DNA of 64,000 bases from Anaerolineales bacterium (GTDB lineage Bacteria > Chloroflexota > Anaerolineae > Anaerolineales > RBG-16-64-43). The stretch's first letter is position 1. Every line of letters begins with the position of its first letter. Below, piece by piece: positions 28,344 to 38,367 of the stretch. A program made the position numbers and the translations under genes. The stretch spans positions 1,010 to 65,009 of the forward strand of contig DATEAT010000129.1 of assembly GCA_035288225.1 (NCBI GenBank). Reading direction: 5' to 3'. The notes under the pieces are model-generated. The model was not told where the DNA came from, did no database searches, and saw only the letters and a list, made by a program, of their open reading frames with translations.

Positions 28344-28459
28344 GCTTATCCTCCAGACGGGCGAACTCTGATGCGACGCGCGGCGGGCATGCCGCCGCGG
28401 TGTTAACCGAATTCAAATACCGACCTGTTAGGCTGAGTCATCAAAACGTTGAAGGTGAG

Positions 28460-29182
28460 ATGATGACCAGGGTTTTCGACGCTCCCATTCATTCGAGCGA
28501 TCAAAGCTTCGAGCGCGTGCTTGCAGCCGGGCTGCCCGTGGCGGCTGTCTTCTCGGGGCGTGAGCTGGCCGAGGACCTCGACCAGGCCATGCGCCGCTTG
28601 GCGCGCGAACATGCGGGCAAGGCCTTGCTCGTCCGTGTACGCGCAGACGAGAATCCGCGCCTGACGGCCGAATATCGGGTGGAGCGAGTGCCGTGGCTTG
28701 TCAGCTTGCGCGGCGGCGAAACGATGGGCAGCCAGCCGCTTGCAGATGCAGGCGCCCTCGAGGCACATCTTGCCCACCTCCTGGGCGAGGGACCATTGCC
28801 CACGGTGACGGACCACAGCGCGGGAGGCGCCGAACCCCGGTCGTCCTCGGCCGGGATGCATCGCGAACCGTTCCCTGTCTCGGACGCATCCTTTGCCCAT
28901 GACGTGCTGCACAGCGACTTGCCGGTGCTGGTCGATTTCTGGGCGCCGTGGTGCGCACCCTGCCGTATGGTGGCTCCGACTGTGGAGAAGTTGGCGCGTG
29001 AAGAGGCGGCCCGCTTGCGCGTGGCCAAGCTCAACGTGGACGAGAATCCGGTTGTCGCCGGGCAGTTCGGTGTCACCGGCATTCCCACGATGATCCTCTT
29101 CCAGGGCGGGCAGGTCGTTGACCGATGGACAGGTGCATTGCCCGAAAGCTCGATCCGCGCCCGGCTTACACGCTGGATCTAG
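28460..29182 (+). CDS. Thioredoxin with an N-terminal degenerate thioredoxin-like domain
   Basis: The C-terminal domain carries VLVDFWAPWCAPCRMVAP...VTGIPTMILFQGG (WCAPC). The N-terminal domain of about 110 aa has Trx-like spacing but no CXXC. RBS GAAGGTGAG. Confidence 0.85.
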   Translation: MMTRVFDAPIHSSDQSFERVLAAGLPVAAVFSGRELAEDLDQAMRRLAREHAGKALLVRVRADENPRLTAEYRVERVPWLVSLRGGETMGSQPLADAGALEAHLAHLLGEGPLPTVTDHSAGGAEPRSSSAGMHREPFPVSDASFAHDVLHSDLPVLVDFWAPWCAPCRMVAPTVEKLAREEAARLRVAKLNVDENPVVAGQFGVTGIPTMILFQGGQVVDRWTGALPESSIRARLTRWI

Positions 29183-29356
29183 ACCTCCACTCAGCGCGTG
29201 CCTTTGTCCGCGCCGACGCGTACACTGGCCGGCTCACGTCCGGCACGACGACCCAACCCCACAACGCCCGAATGCTCCGGGAACAACGTCTCGCGTTGCC
29301 CAACATGGCCTTTTCGGGCCGCGGCGGCCCCACGTACTGTGCGTACTCCCGATTCG

Positions 29357-30574
29357 CTACGCAAGCAATGCGATGACCCTGGCAACGATGTGCTGTGCAA
29401 CCTCGCCCTTTGAAAGCAACGGCAACTCTTCCACGCGGCCGCTGGCATCGATCAATGTGACGCGATTGGTGTCGCTGCCGAAGCCGGTATCGGCCTGCGA
29501 GATGTCGTTGGCGGCGATGATATCCAATGCCTTCTCGCGCATCTTGGCCTGTGCGTTGGCCAATAGATTCTCCGTCTCGGCCGCGAAACCAACCATAACC
29601 CGCGGCCGGCCGCGGCTGCGACGCCGCTCCGCGACAGCAGCCAGGATGTCGGGCGCAGGCTCCAGGCTGAGCACCGGCACGCCCTTCTCTCTCTTCATCT
29701 TCTGGGCTGCGGTCTGACGCGGGCGGAAGTCCGCGACCGCTGCGGCCATCAACAACGCCTCCGCCTCGTCCGTTGTGCGCAGCACCGCCTCGAGCATCTC
29801 CTGCGCAGTGCGCACCTGAATGAGTACCGCCCCCGCCGGTGGCGTGAGCGCAGCCGGGGCGGCAATGAGTATGACCTCTGCGCCTGCGTCCAAAGCGGCC
29901 TGGGCCAAGGCGTAGCCCTGCTTGCCCGACGAAAGATTGGTGAGCACGCGCACCGGGTCGAGCGGCTCCTGCGTCCCGCCGGCGGTGACCACCACCTTGC
30001 GCCCCGCCAATGGCCCGCCGCGCGAGAGCAGGTATCGAACGTGCGCCAGAATGTCGCCCGGCTCGGTCATGCGCCCGATGCCCGAGAGCCCGGAGGCCAA
30101 ATGGCCGAGTTCGGGCCCAAGAATCGTCGCGCCGCGTTCGGCAAGCAGGCGCAAGTTCTCCTGCGTGGCCGGATGCTCGAGCATGCCGGCATCCATTGCC
30201 GGAGCGATGAGCAAAGGGCAGCGCGTGGCCAGGGCGGTCAAACTGAGCAGGTCGCCGGCTGAGCCGGTGGCCAACTTTGCGAGGGTGTGAGCCGTCGCCG
30301 GAGCGACGATGAACAACTCCGCGCTGTGGGCCAGCCCGACGTGCAAGACGTGAGCCTGCGGCCCCCACAAGTCGGCATCGGTGAAGGCCGGCCGTCCGGT
30401 CACCGACTGAAACGTGAGCGGCGCGACAAACCGGGTTGCGGACTCGGTCAGGACAACGTCCACGAGCGCTCCGGCCTGCGCGAGTTTGGAGGCCAGGTCG
30501 GCGGCCTTGTAGGCCGCGATGCTTCCTGTGACTCCTAAGACGATTCGTTTGGACGACAAGGGTGTTTGAATCAT
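29357..30574 (-). CDS. coaBC: Bifunctional phosphopantothenoylcysteine decarboxylase / phosphopantothenate-cysteine ligase
   Basis: KRIVLGVTGSIAAYKAADLASKL (flavoprotein N-domain) and a C-terminal CoaB domain (VVVTAGGTQEPLDPVRVLTNLSSGKQG). Confidence 0.95.
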   Translation of the reverse strand: MIQTPLSSKRIVLGVTGSIAAYKAADLASKLAQAGALVDVVLTESATRFVAPLTFQSVTGRPAFTDADLWGPQAHVLHVGLAHSAELFIVAPATAHTLAKLATGSAGDLLSLTALATRCPLLIAPAMDAGMLEHPATQENLRLLAERGATILGPELGHLASGLSGIGRMTEPGDILAHVRYLLSRGGPLAGRKVVVTAGGTQEPLDPVRVLTNLSSGKQGYALAQAALDAGAEVILIAAPAALTPPAGAVLIQVRTAQEMLEAVLRTTDEAEALLMAAAVADFRPRQTAAQKMKREKGVPVLSLEPAPDILAAVAERRRSRGRPRVMVGFAAETENLLANAQAKMREKALDIIAANDISQADTGFGSDTNRVTLIDASGRVEELPLLSKGEVAQHIVARVIALLA

Positions 30575-30960
30575 GGGTTGGTGTATGGCGTCGGGGTCTC
30601 AAGCCCCAGTCGAAAACTCTCATCCAGCGACCACGTCCCGTGCAGGACTCCTGTGGATGAGGGGGTGGGTTGTGCACGCCCTTGGGTTCCACTTCGAAAC
30701 CAGCGCACCTCGATCGTATCTCCGCGACGCTCGCGAGTGCCGGTGACGGTCGCTCCCGAGATTATCGAGGTGATCGAGCATGTGCCGACCCGCTCTGGGC
30801 GGATGTCAACCGACCCCGCAAAGCTGCTCTCTTCGAGAGCTCGGCCCACCACGGAGTCGACCCCGCCCGAATCCGAAGGCCGAAGGTCGTGGACGACGAG
30901 CGAATCCGGCGCGGCCAGGAGCGCAATCCCGTGAAGCGGGTTGGCTCGCCGCGTGGTCAT
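30571..30960 (-). CDS. Hypothetical protein, translationally coupled inside the pan/coa operon
   Basis: ATGA overlaps at both ends (30957-30960 and 30571-30574). 129 aa, beta-rich. A weak resemblance to MOSC/PK-beta-barrel-type domains is only a guess. Confidence 0.5.
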   Translation of the reverse strand: MTTRRANPLHGIALLAAPDSLVVHDLRPSDSGGVDSVVGRALEESSFAGSVDIRPERVGTCSITSIISGATVTGTRERRGDTIEVRWFRSGTQGRAQPTPSSTGVLHGTWSLDESFRLGLETPTPYTNP

Positions 30961-31586
30961 TGCGTTCGCTCTGCTAGCGTGAGCCGCGCGAACCCCGGAC
31001 CCATCCGTGTCCCCGTTTCAATGATCTGGCAACCCGCGAATTCGATCATGCGCCGCGTTTGGCTTTCAGAGAAGCGTTCTCTCTCTTCGGCGGCGTGTGC
31101 CCATCCCAGGAGCGAAGTTCGCTCGATGCCAGTAAGACCGCGCTCGTCGGCGAGCGCGGTGGCCGCGCCGGTCGATAGGTGCTCGCTCGGGTTGAGCATG
31201 GCCAGACGCCCGCCTGGCCTCACCACACGAGCCAATTCCGCCAAACCGTCCTGCGGACGGTCCAACAGAAAAACCACATTGGTTGCCGTCACCAGGTCGA
31301 ACCGCTCGGCGGCGAAGGGCAGGCGATGGGCATCGGCCTGCAGACACGCGTACTTCGCCAGGTTCGATCGGGCTGCGAGGAGGGCCATTTGCATATCGCG
31401 GTCCAATCCGATGGGCACGCACCCCTGGGCGGCCAGATGGCGCGCCAAGCCGCCGGGCCCGCAGCCGACATCCAACACGCGCCAACCGGATTGCACGCGG
31501 CAGAATCCGGCAAAGGATTCAAGCACGCGGTCCCAGCCGGCGGTTGCCTGAACTGCGGAGAAGTATTTCGCAGGCGAACCATTCAC
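30957..31586 (-). CDS. Class I SAM-dependent methyltransferase
   Basis: Motif I VLDVGCGPGGLARHLA, motif post-I GLDRD, and later ATNVVFLLD and VVRPGGRL. GTG 31586 overlaps the coaX stop. Confidence 0.8.
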   Translation of the reverse strand: MNGSPAKYFSAVQATAGWDRVLESFAGFCRVQSGWRVLDVGCGPGGLARHLAAQGCVPIGLDRDMQMALLAARSNLAKYACLQADAHRLPFAAERFDLVTATNVVFLLDRPQDGLAELARVVRPGGRLAMLNPSEHLSTGAATALADERGLTGIERTSLLGWAHAAEERERFSESQTRRMIEFAGCQIIETGTRMGPGFARLTLAERTQ

Positions 31587-32347
31587 CGATTCATCTCATA
31601 GATCATGCGCAGCCCGTCCAGCGTCAGCCAAGGGGCAAGGATTTCGATGACGGGGGTTTCGCGCGCAATGAGCTCGGCCAACCCGCCGGTGCCGATCACC
31701 TTGGCCTGCCCGCCCAGTTCGCGGCGGAAGCGGTCTACCATGCCCTCGACCAAACCGACGTTGCCGAACAGCAGCCCCGACTGGATGGAATGGGTCGTGT
31801 TGCGGCCGATGGCCGCTGGCGGGCGGGTGATTTCGACTCGGGTGAGCTTGGCCGCGCGCGAAAAGAGCGCCTCGGCCGCAATGCCGATCCCTGGCGCGAT
31901 CGCCCCGCCCAGGTAGTCACCGTCGGCGGAGATGGCATCGAAGGTCGTCGCCGTGCCGAAGTCGACGACAATCGCCGGACCGCCGTACAAGCGGAATGCG
32001 GCCACTGCATCCACAACACGGTCGGCGCCGACCGCCTTGGGGTCGTCATACCGTACGCGCACGCCGGTGCGCACTCCGGCATCCACCACCAGCGGTTCAC
32101 AGCGCAGGTTAGTGCGGCATACATCCAGCCACTTGCCGGTCAGCGGCGGAACGACCGAGGCGACCGCGGCTCCGTCCACGTCCGTGGGACTCAGGCCGGC
32201 CATCTGCAAAAGCCCCAGTACCTGCAGCGCAAACTCATCCGGCATGCGATCGTGGTCGGTCGCCAGCCGCCAGCGCGGTCCAAGCGTCTCGCCCTGGTAC
32301 AGACCGAGGGTGATGTTGGTGTTCCCGATGTCGATGCACAGCAGCAT
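31583..32347 (-). CDS. coaX: Type III pantothenate kinase
   Basis: From ATG 32347: MLLCIDIGNTNITLGLY...VVDFGTATTFD...GIGIAAEAL...GTGGLAE. Confidence 0.9.
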   Translation of the reverse strand: MLLCIDIGNTNITLGLYQGETLGPRWRLATDHDRMPDEFALQVLGLLQMAGLSPTDVDGAAVASVVPPLTGKWLDVCRTNLRCEPLVVDAGVRTGVRVRYDDPKAVGADRVVDAVAAFRLYGGPAIVVDFGTATTFDAISADGDYLGGAIAPGIGIAAEALFSRAAKLTRVEITRPPAAIGRNTTHSIQSGLLFGNVGLVEGMVDRFRRELGGQAKVIGTGGLAELIARETPVIEILAPWLTLDGLRMIYEMNR

Positions 32348-32349
32348 GG

Positions 32350-33252
32350 CTATGCTCCTGCGGCGTCCGCCGCGCCCCGCCCGCGAATGTCCGTGAAGAT
32401 GCCCGTGCTCCACTCGTCTTCGTGCAACAGGAAATTGTCGATGAGGCGCGTGCGGCCCAAGCGGACCGCCAGCGAGAAGAGCGCCTCCCCTTCGATCGTC
32501 TCCAATTCGTCCAAGGTTGCAGGGTGTGCAATCGATACGTACTCTTCGGTTGCCATGAGCTCGCCCGCCAGAGTGCGCGACATGACCGAGCGCAGAATGT
32601 CCGCGTCGTGTTCGCCGCCATCCAGGGCTTCCTTGGCCGCGCCCAGCGCGCGGTAGAGCACGCTGGCCACCGGGCGCTCGGCGGGCGTAAGGTAGGCGTT
32701 GCGCGAGGACATGGCCAGTCCGTCGGCTTCGCGCACTGTTGGGCAGACGACAACCTCCACTACAAAATCTAGGTCACGCGCCATCCGCCGCACGACGATG
32801 GTCTGCTGCGCGTCCTTCTGCCCGAAGTAGGCGCGCTGAGGTTGGAAGAGGTTGAACAACTTGGCCACCACCGTCGCGACGCCGCGGAAGTGGGTTGGGC
32901 GGGCCTTGCCTTCCAGCGGCCGGCTCACATGCTCGACTGTCGCGAAGGTCTGATACCCGGCCGGGTAGACTACCTCCGGCGGTGGCGTCCACACCAGGTC
33001 CACCCCGATCGGCCGCAGCAGGTTCAGGTCGCGCTCCAGGTCGCGCGGATAGCGTTCAAGGTCCTCGCCCGGACCGAACTGGGTGGGGTTGACGAAAATG
33101 CTGACTGCCACCGAGGCGCAATCGGCCCGCGCGCGCTGAACGAGCGAGAGATGCCCCTCGTGCAGGAAGCCCATCGTGGGCACAAGTCCCAACGGGCTCG
33201 GCATTTCGGCGCGCGCTCGGCGCAGATCGGCGACGGATTCGACGATGACCAT
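32350..33252 (-). CDS. panC: Pantoate--beta-alanine ligase
   Basis: RBS GGGAGGA. LVPTMGFLHEGHLSLV, FVNPTQF and YFGQKDAQQ motifs. Confidence 0.95.
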   Translation of the reverse strand: MVIVESVADLRRARAEMPSPLGLVPTMGFLHEGHLSLVQRARADCASVAVSIFVNPTQFGPGEDLERYPRDLERDLNLLRPIGVDLVWTPPPEVVYPAGYQTFATVEHVSRPLEGKARPTHFRGVATVVAKLFNLFQPQRAYFGQKDAQQTIVVRRMARDLDFVVEVVVCPTVREADGLAMSSRNAYLTPAERPVASVLYRALGAAKEALDGGEHDADILRSVMSRTLAGELMATEEYVSIAHPATLDELETIEGEALFSLAVRLGRTRLIDNFLLHEDEWSTGIFTDIRGRGAADAAGA

Positions 33253-33347
33253 GCGCTATCCTCCCGAGCAAACCTCAATCTGAGCTCGCATGTGAGCAGG
33301 CAGGTGCACGCCGTGGAACCGGTTCTGTGCGCCGCGCGGTGCGGAGA

Positions 33348-34250
33348 TCAGGCCGCCGCACGCTCCTCGAGCGCCTGCACCAAGTGCCAGGCGGCACGGT
33401 TAAGCGGCACGTCAAGCCCCAGCCGCTGCGCTTGGTTCACAATGGCGCCGTTGATCGCATCGATCTCGGTTCGCCGTCCACGCTCGACATCCTGGAGCAT
33501 GGAGGAGCGGTTGTGAGCTGTGGCTTGCGCCACTTCGAGCGCACTGGCGGCTGCATCGGCATATGGCAGAGCGATCGACGAGCGATCGGCCACCCGTGCC
33601 CCTTCGCGAGCCAGTTCCTCAATCAGGGCGCGGGCGCTCGGTCGGCGCGCCAATTCCCCATTGGGCACGCGCAGCAAAGCCGCCAGCGGGTTGATGGCCG
33701 CATTGATCAGAAGCTTGCCCCACAGTATCGAATCGCGGTCCGCGCCGACGGTCACTTGCAGACCGGCGCGTTCGAAGAGCGCGAGGGTCTTAGCCAGCTG
33801 CGGATGATTTCCGATTTGCAGCGCGCCGTCGCCTCCCAGGCGAATGTGACCGGGGCCCACCAGCGTGGCGCCGGAGGTGGTCGCCCCGGCGGCAGCCCGT
33901 TCAGCACCGAACAGCGCGCTCAGCACCTCATAGTTGCCGATGCCGTTCTGCAGCGTCAACGCCAGACCCTCGTCGGCCAGGGCTGCGCCTGCACGGCGAA
34001 CAGCATCTGCGGTCTGCCAGGCCTTGACCAGGACGAGCAGCAGGTCGCTCGCAGTACATTCGCCGGAATTAGTTGTGGCGCGCAAGCGAATGGTCTGCTC
34101 GCCTCGGCCGTCGTCCACCAGCAGGCCACGGGTCGATATGGCCTTCACCGCCTCCTGCCACGTCCCGAGCAAGGTCACGTCCGCCCACGGCGCGAGGCGA
34201 TAGCCCATCAGGCAGGCCATGGCCCCCGTACCCAGGAGAGTGACCTTCAT
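33348..34250 (-). CDS. panE: 2-dehydropantoate 2-reductase
   Basis: From ATG 34250: MKVTLLGTGAMACLMGYRLA (Rossmann fold), KAWQT, and a C-terminal SSMLQDVERGRRTEIDAINGAIV motif. Confidence 0.85.
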   Translation of the reverse strand: MKVTLLGTGAMACLMGYRLAPWADVTLLGTWQEAVKAISTRGLLVDDGRGEQTIRLRATTNSGECTASDLLLVLVKAWQTADAVRRAGAALADEGLALTLQNGIGNYEVLSALFGAERAAAGATTSGATLVGPGHIRLGGDGALQIGNHPQLAKTLALFERAGLQVTVGADRDSILWGKLLINAAINPLAALLRVPNGELARRPSARALIEELAREGARVADRSSIALPYADAAASALEVAQATAHNRSSMLQDVERGRRTEIDAINGAIVNQAQRLGLDVPLNRAAWHLVQALEERAAA

Positions 34251-34334
34251 CTCAGAGAGTCCTTTCCGTGATTGACCGCATCGTGTTAAATCCAGATCGA
34301 AACCGACGGCGAGAGATCGCCACAAACCGCCGCT

Positions 34335-35213
34335 CTACGCTCGGCCCGATTCGCCCAGGTCATCCACAAGAGCCTGCCACTCTGCATCGGGCATTTCGGC
34401 GGTGTGTTCCGCCGCGGGGAAGGAGCGCCGCTCGACGTCTTCGCGATACTGGGAGAATGCGCGTCCCATCTCCCCATGCAGGTCGGCGTACTTCTTGGCG
34501 AACTTTGGCGTGAAGCGGTCGAACAACCCGAGCAGGTCGTGGGTCACCAGCACCTGGCCGTCGCAGCCTGCCCCCGCGCCGATGCCGATGGTGGGGATGG
34601 TCAGGCGGCGCGAGACGTAATCCGCCAGGCGTGCGGGTATGGACTCAAGGACGATCGAGAAGCACCCGCTGCGTTCCAGCAGCAGCGCGTCATCAATCAG
34701 GCGGCGGGCCGCGGCGGCCGTCTTGCCCTGCACGCGATAACCGCCGAGCTGGTGGATCGACTGCGGCGTGAGCCCCAAGTGCCCCATGACCGGGATGCCA
34801 GCGGCGAGTATGGCCTGAAGGGCCGTCAGTACGCTTTCGCCGCCCTCCAACTTGACCGCGTCCATGCCGCCCTCCTGCAGGAAGCGCCCGGCGTTGCGCA
34901 CCGCCTCGGCCGGGCTGACCTGATAGGAAAGGAACGGCATGTCGCCAACCAGGAGCGCGCGGTGTGCGCCGCGTGCAACGGCCTTGCAGTGATGGATCAT
35001 CTCGTCCATGGTGACGGGAAGGGTGGTGGCATAGCCTAGCACGACCATGCCGAGCGAGTCGCCGACCAGGATCCCATCCAGGCCGGCCCGGTCGATGGCC
35101 AGGGCAGTGGGGTAGTCGTAGGCTGTGAGCCAGGTTATGGGGAGACCACGCGCCTTCTTCTGGCGCAGGTCGAGCGTGGTCGTGCGTCGTTCCGGGCTGG
35201 TGGTCGCTGACAC
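34335..35213 (-). CDS. panB: 3-methyl-2-oxobutanoate hydroxymethyltransferase
   Basis: GTG 35213 preceded by GGGAGG. LTAYDYPTALAIDRAGLDGILVGDSLGMVVLGY...VGDMPFLSY...VKLEGG...MGHLGLTPQS. Confidence 0.95.
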   Translation of the reverse strand: MSATTSPERRTTTLDLRQKKARGLPITWLTAYDYPTALAIDRAGLDGILVGDSLGMVVLGYATTLPVTMDEMIHHCKAVARGAHRALLVGDMPFLSYQVSPAEAVRNAGRFLQEGGMDAVKLEGGESVLTALQAILAAGIPVMGHLGLTPQSIHQLGGYRVQGKTAAAARRLIDDALLLERSGCFSIVLESIPARLADYVSRRLTIPTIGIGAGAGCDGQVLVTHDLLGLFDRFTPKFAKKYADLHGEMGRAFSQYREDVERRSFPAAEHTAEMPDAEWQALVDDLGESGRA

Positions 35214-35802
35214 GGTCGCCTCCCTTGGTACGGTAGACGCTGATCAGGTGCCTAATGCCGAAGCGCGATCGCCGCCGGGGACAAGAGAACCCTCCAGGGC
35301 AACCGGGAGGGCGGGACAAACGTGATGGAGCTAGATTGTCCTGCCGTCTCGGTCGTGGCCCGATCCAAGCGGCAATCTGATTATAAGCGGATGCGCCCGG
35401 CCGTCAACCGAGGCACGATAGGTGAGGGAGTCCCGTCGCCCGTGCATCGGCGGGGACCCACGGCGGGCATTCGCCATGTCGAGGGGCCGCGACGAGGAGG
35501 GAGGAGTGCCCTGGCGTTTCACGCAGCCAGCCCATCCCAACCGCGTGAGCGCCAGGATCCCCACCTTCGCGGCAATGACAATCAATCACACGATCCTGGT
35601 CCTCCTAGAACGGGAGCTGAGGCCGATCCGCCGCCGGCGGGCGGCGCGCACACGAGGCAGGATTGTGTGACAGATGGCCGTCACCGGCTTTGGCGGACGG
35701 GAAAAGCCCATGGAAAGAGCACCACTGGCGTGCCTGCCCGCAGCCCATATAATTGTCCATCCGCGTCGATCGACAGCCCGAGCTCGGGGCGAGGGGTGAG
35801 CC

Positions 35803-38325
35803 ATGCAGGTGGATATCGAGTTGTATCGGCACGAGCTCGTGCTTTCGGAACACCCACCCGTTCACATCGCCGTCATCGACATCGCCCCCGAGCGCCCCGA
35901 ACGGACGTTGGTCTTCTTGCACGGTTTCGGCGGCGACGTTGCACAGTGGAAACGACAATTGACCCACTTCTCGGACGAGAACCGGGTCATCGCCATAGGC
36001 CTGCGCGGCCACCTCGCCCATGCGCATGCGAGCGGGCCGTTCACCACGCCCCAGTTGCGGGCGGACCTGGAGCGGGCGCTCGAGCTTCTGGGAGCTCCGG
36101 ACCGCATCGTCCTGGTTGGACACTCCTTCGGCAATGCGTTGGCGGCGGAGTTCGCCCAGACCTATCCGTCGCGCATCGAGGGATTGGTCCTCGTGGCACC
36201 TTCAGGCGAGTTCCGCCTGGCGTGGAATTACCGAACAGCGCTGAAGCTGCCGACCACCGTGCTCGACCTGGTCTACCCGCTGTTCCGCAAAACGCTGCAT
36301 GCGCCGCCGTCCGTGCTCAAGATGATGCATGAAAAGAGCGTGGCGCGCTGGAACGGATGGAGCCTGTTCCGCAGCTTGCGTGTGCCGACTTTGGTTGTCC
36401 GCGGCCATGGCGACAGGGTCTTTCGTCGCGACTCCTTGGAGGGTGTGGCGCGAGCCATCCCCGGAGCGCAAGATGTGGATGTTGGCGCCTCCGGGCACAT
36501 GGTGATGATCGAACGATCGGAGGCAGTCAACCGCGCGATCCGCCGCTTCCTCGGCCAAGCTTCCTCCTGGCGGGGCGAAAGCCCCTCCGATCGCGGGGCC
36601 GGCCCGCGATCGCTCCTCGGGGAGCGCCCCTGGCTGGCTCACTACGACAACGGCGTGCCGCATACCATCGCCGTGCCGGATGTGCCACTGCAGCGCTTTC
36701 TGCAGTCCTCCGCACGCAGGTTCCCTCGCCGGAGAGCCATAGTCTTTGAGGGCGGCGGCATGTCTTATCGCCGCCTCGATCAGGAGAGCGACCGATTGGC
36801 GCAGGCACTGGCTCGATTGGGGATTGGCCCGGGTCGCCGCGTGATGATCCTGCTGCCCAATCTGCCTCAGACGGTGGTGACCTTCTTTGGGGTGCTCAAG
36901 GCCGGCGCCACAGTGGTCCTGGCCAGCCCGGTCTCCGAGCCGGACGAAGTGATGCGCCAGGTGCGCGATGCTCAGGTCGACGGGCTGATCACGTTGACGA
37001 AGCTGGCGGAGGTTGGCCGCGAGGTTCTGCGCTGCACTGCAGTTCGCCATGTCATCTTCACCTCGGTGGCCGATTATCTGCCCCCAGGGAAGAAGGTCCT
37101 GTTCCGCTTGCTGCGCGAGGGACCCGAGGGGCATCGCCTGCCGAAACCCCTCGAGCAGGGGATGCACACGCTGAAGGTTTTGCTGAGCGGCCAGTATGCT
37201 CCTCAGCCGATGAGCGAGCCGCGGGTCGGCGACCTGGCGGTGATTGCCTACACGGGCGGCACGACGGTCGCCCCGCGAGGGGTCATGCTCAGCCACCGCA
37301 ACCTGGCCGCCAATGCCCTGCAAGTCCGGCACTGGGTGCCGGACTTGCGCGAGGGCCGCGAAGTCTTCCTGAGCGTGCTGCCGTTTACCCACAGCTATGG
37401 TCAGACGACGGCTCTTATCGTCCCGGTGATGATGGGGGCAACTATGGTGATCTTGCCCACGTTCATTACCGGTCAGGTTTTGCGTGCCATCCGCCGCCAC
37501 CGGCCGACCCTCTTCCCTGGGGTGCCCACCATGTACACGGCCATCAACAACTTCGCCGGGGCGCGGCGTTACGGCATCCGATCGATCCGCGCGTGCATTT
37601 CGGGAGCCGCCCCGTTGCCGGTGGAAGTGCAAGAAGCCTTTGAGAAACTGACCCGCGGACGGCTTGTGGAAGGTTACGGCCTGACCGAAGCCGGCCCGGT
37701 GACCCACGCCAACCCGCTCTACGGGAGGCGCAAGATCGGTTGCATCGGGTTGCCGGTGCCGAGCACGGAGGCGATGGTCGTCGATCTCCTCAGCGGCGAG
37801 CGATTGCCGCCAGGGGCGATCGGCGAACTGGCCGTGCGCGGTCCGCAGGTGATGCGCGGCTACTGGGGGGCGCCCGCTGAGACGAGCGAAGTTTTGCGCC
37901 CTGACGGGTGGCTGCTCACGGGCGACGTGGCGCGCGCCGACGAGGAGGGCTACTTCCAAATCATTGCGCGCAAGCGCGAGATGATCCTGGCCGGCGCCTA
38001 TCAGGTTTACCCGCGCGACGTGGAAGAGGTGCTGTACGAACATCCGAAAGTCAAAGAGGTGGCGGTGGTCGGAATCCAGCGCAGCGACTCACCCTCCCAG
38101 GTGATCAAGGCCTACGTGGTGCTGCGTGCAGGAGAGACGGCCAGCCCGGAGGAACTGATGGAGCTCTGCCGCCGGCGCCTGGCGGAATATGCCGTGCCGT
38201 GGGAAATCGAATTCCGCGATGACCTGCCGAAGAGCTTCGTGGGCAAAGTGCTGCGCAGGCTGTTGGTCGAGGAAGACATGCGCGCTGTTGCCTCCGCACA
38301 CAACCTCTCCGGCGCGCGCGAGTGA
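35803..38325 (+). CDS. Fusion protein: N-terminal alpha/beta hydrolase plus C-terminal AMP-dependent (long-chain) acyl-CoA synthetase
   Basis: N-part: LVFLHGFGGD and nucleophile elbow LVGHSFGNALA. C-part: AMP-binding signature IAYTGGTTVAPRGVMLSH, GYGLTEAG, TGDVARADEEGYFQIIARKRE and a C-terminal GKVLRR. Confidence 0.8.
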   Translation: MQVDIELYRHELVLSEHPPVHIAVIDIAPERPERTLVFLHGFGGDVAQWKRQLTHFSDENRVIAIGLRGHLAHAHASGPFTTPQLRADLERALELLGAPDRIVLVGHSFGNALAAEFAQTYPSRIEGLVLVAPSGEFRLAWNYRTALKLPTTVLDLVYPLFRKTLHAPPSVLKMMHEKSVARWNGWSLFRSLRVPTLVVRGHGDRVFRRDSLEGVARAIPGAQDVDVGASGHMVMIERSEAVNRAIRRFLGQASSWRGESPSDRGAGPRSLLGERPWLAHYDNGVPHTIAVPDVPLQRFLQSSARRFPRRRAIVFEGGGMSYRRLDQESDRLAQALARLGIGPGRRVMILLPNLPQTVVTFFGVLKAGATVVLASPVSEPDEVMRQVRDAQVDGLITLTKLAEVGREVLRCTAVRHVIFTSVADYLPPGKKVLFRLLREGPEGHRLPKPLEQGMHTLKVLLSGQYAPQPMSEPRVGDLAVIAYTGGTTVAPRGVMLSHRNLAANALQVRHWVPDLREGREVFLSVLPFTHSYGQTTALIVPVMMGATMVILPTFITGQVLRAIRRHRPTLFPGVPTMYTAINNFAGARRYGIRSIRACISGAAPLPVEVQEAFEKLTRGRLVEGYGLTEAGPVTHANPLYGRRKIGCIGLPVPSTEAMVVDLLSGERLPPGAIGELAVRGPQVMRGYWGAPAETSEVLRPDGWLLTGDVARADEEGYFQIIARKREMILAGAYQVYPRDVEEVLYEHPKVKEVAVVGIQRSDSPSQVIKAYVVLRAGETASPEELMELCRRRLAEYAVPWEIEFRDDLPKSFVGKVLRRLLVEEDMRAVASAHNLSGARE

Positions 38326-38367
38326 AGCACCGCCAGAGGAGGAAAATACGAAAGCGTATCTGCCGAC

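Noticed and set aside
30571-30960. The 129-aa gene in the pan/coa operon could be the missing aspartate 1-decarboxylase (panD).
   Set aside because: The size fits, but there is no recognisable similarity to PanD. It lacks the N-terminal K..HRA.VT...L.Y.GS..ID pattern and has no Gly-Ser processing site near residue 24.
35214-35802. The ~590-nt gap between panB and the hydrolase-ligase fusion could hold a hidden gene or riboswitch (track ORFs 35322..36332, 35422..35670 and others).
   Set aside because: The ORF translations are Arg/Pro-rich noise, and I could not match any riboswitch core (B12, TPP, SAM). It is left unannotated rather than reported.
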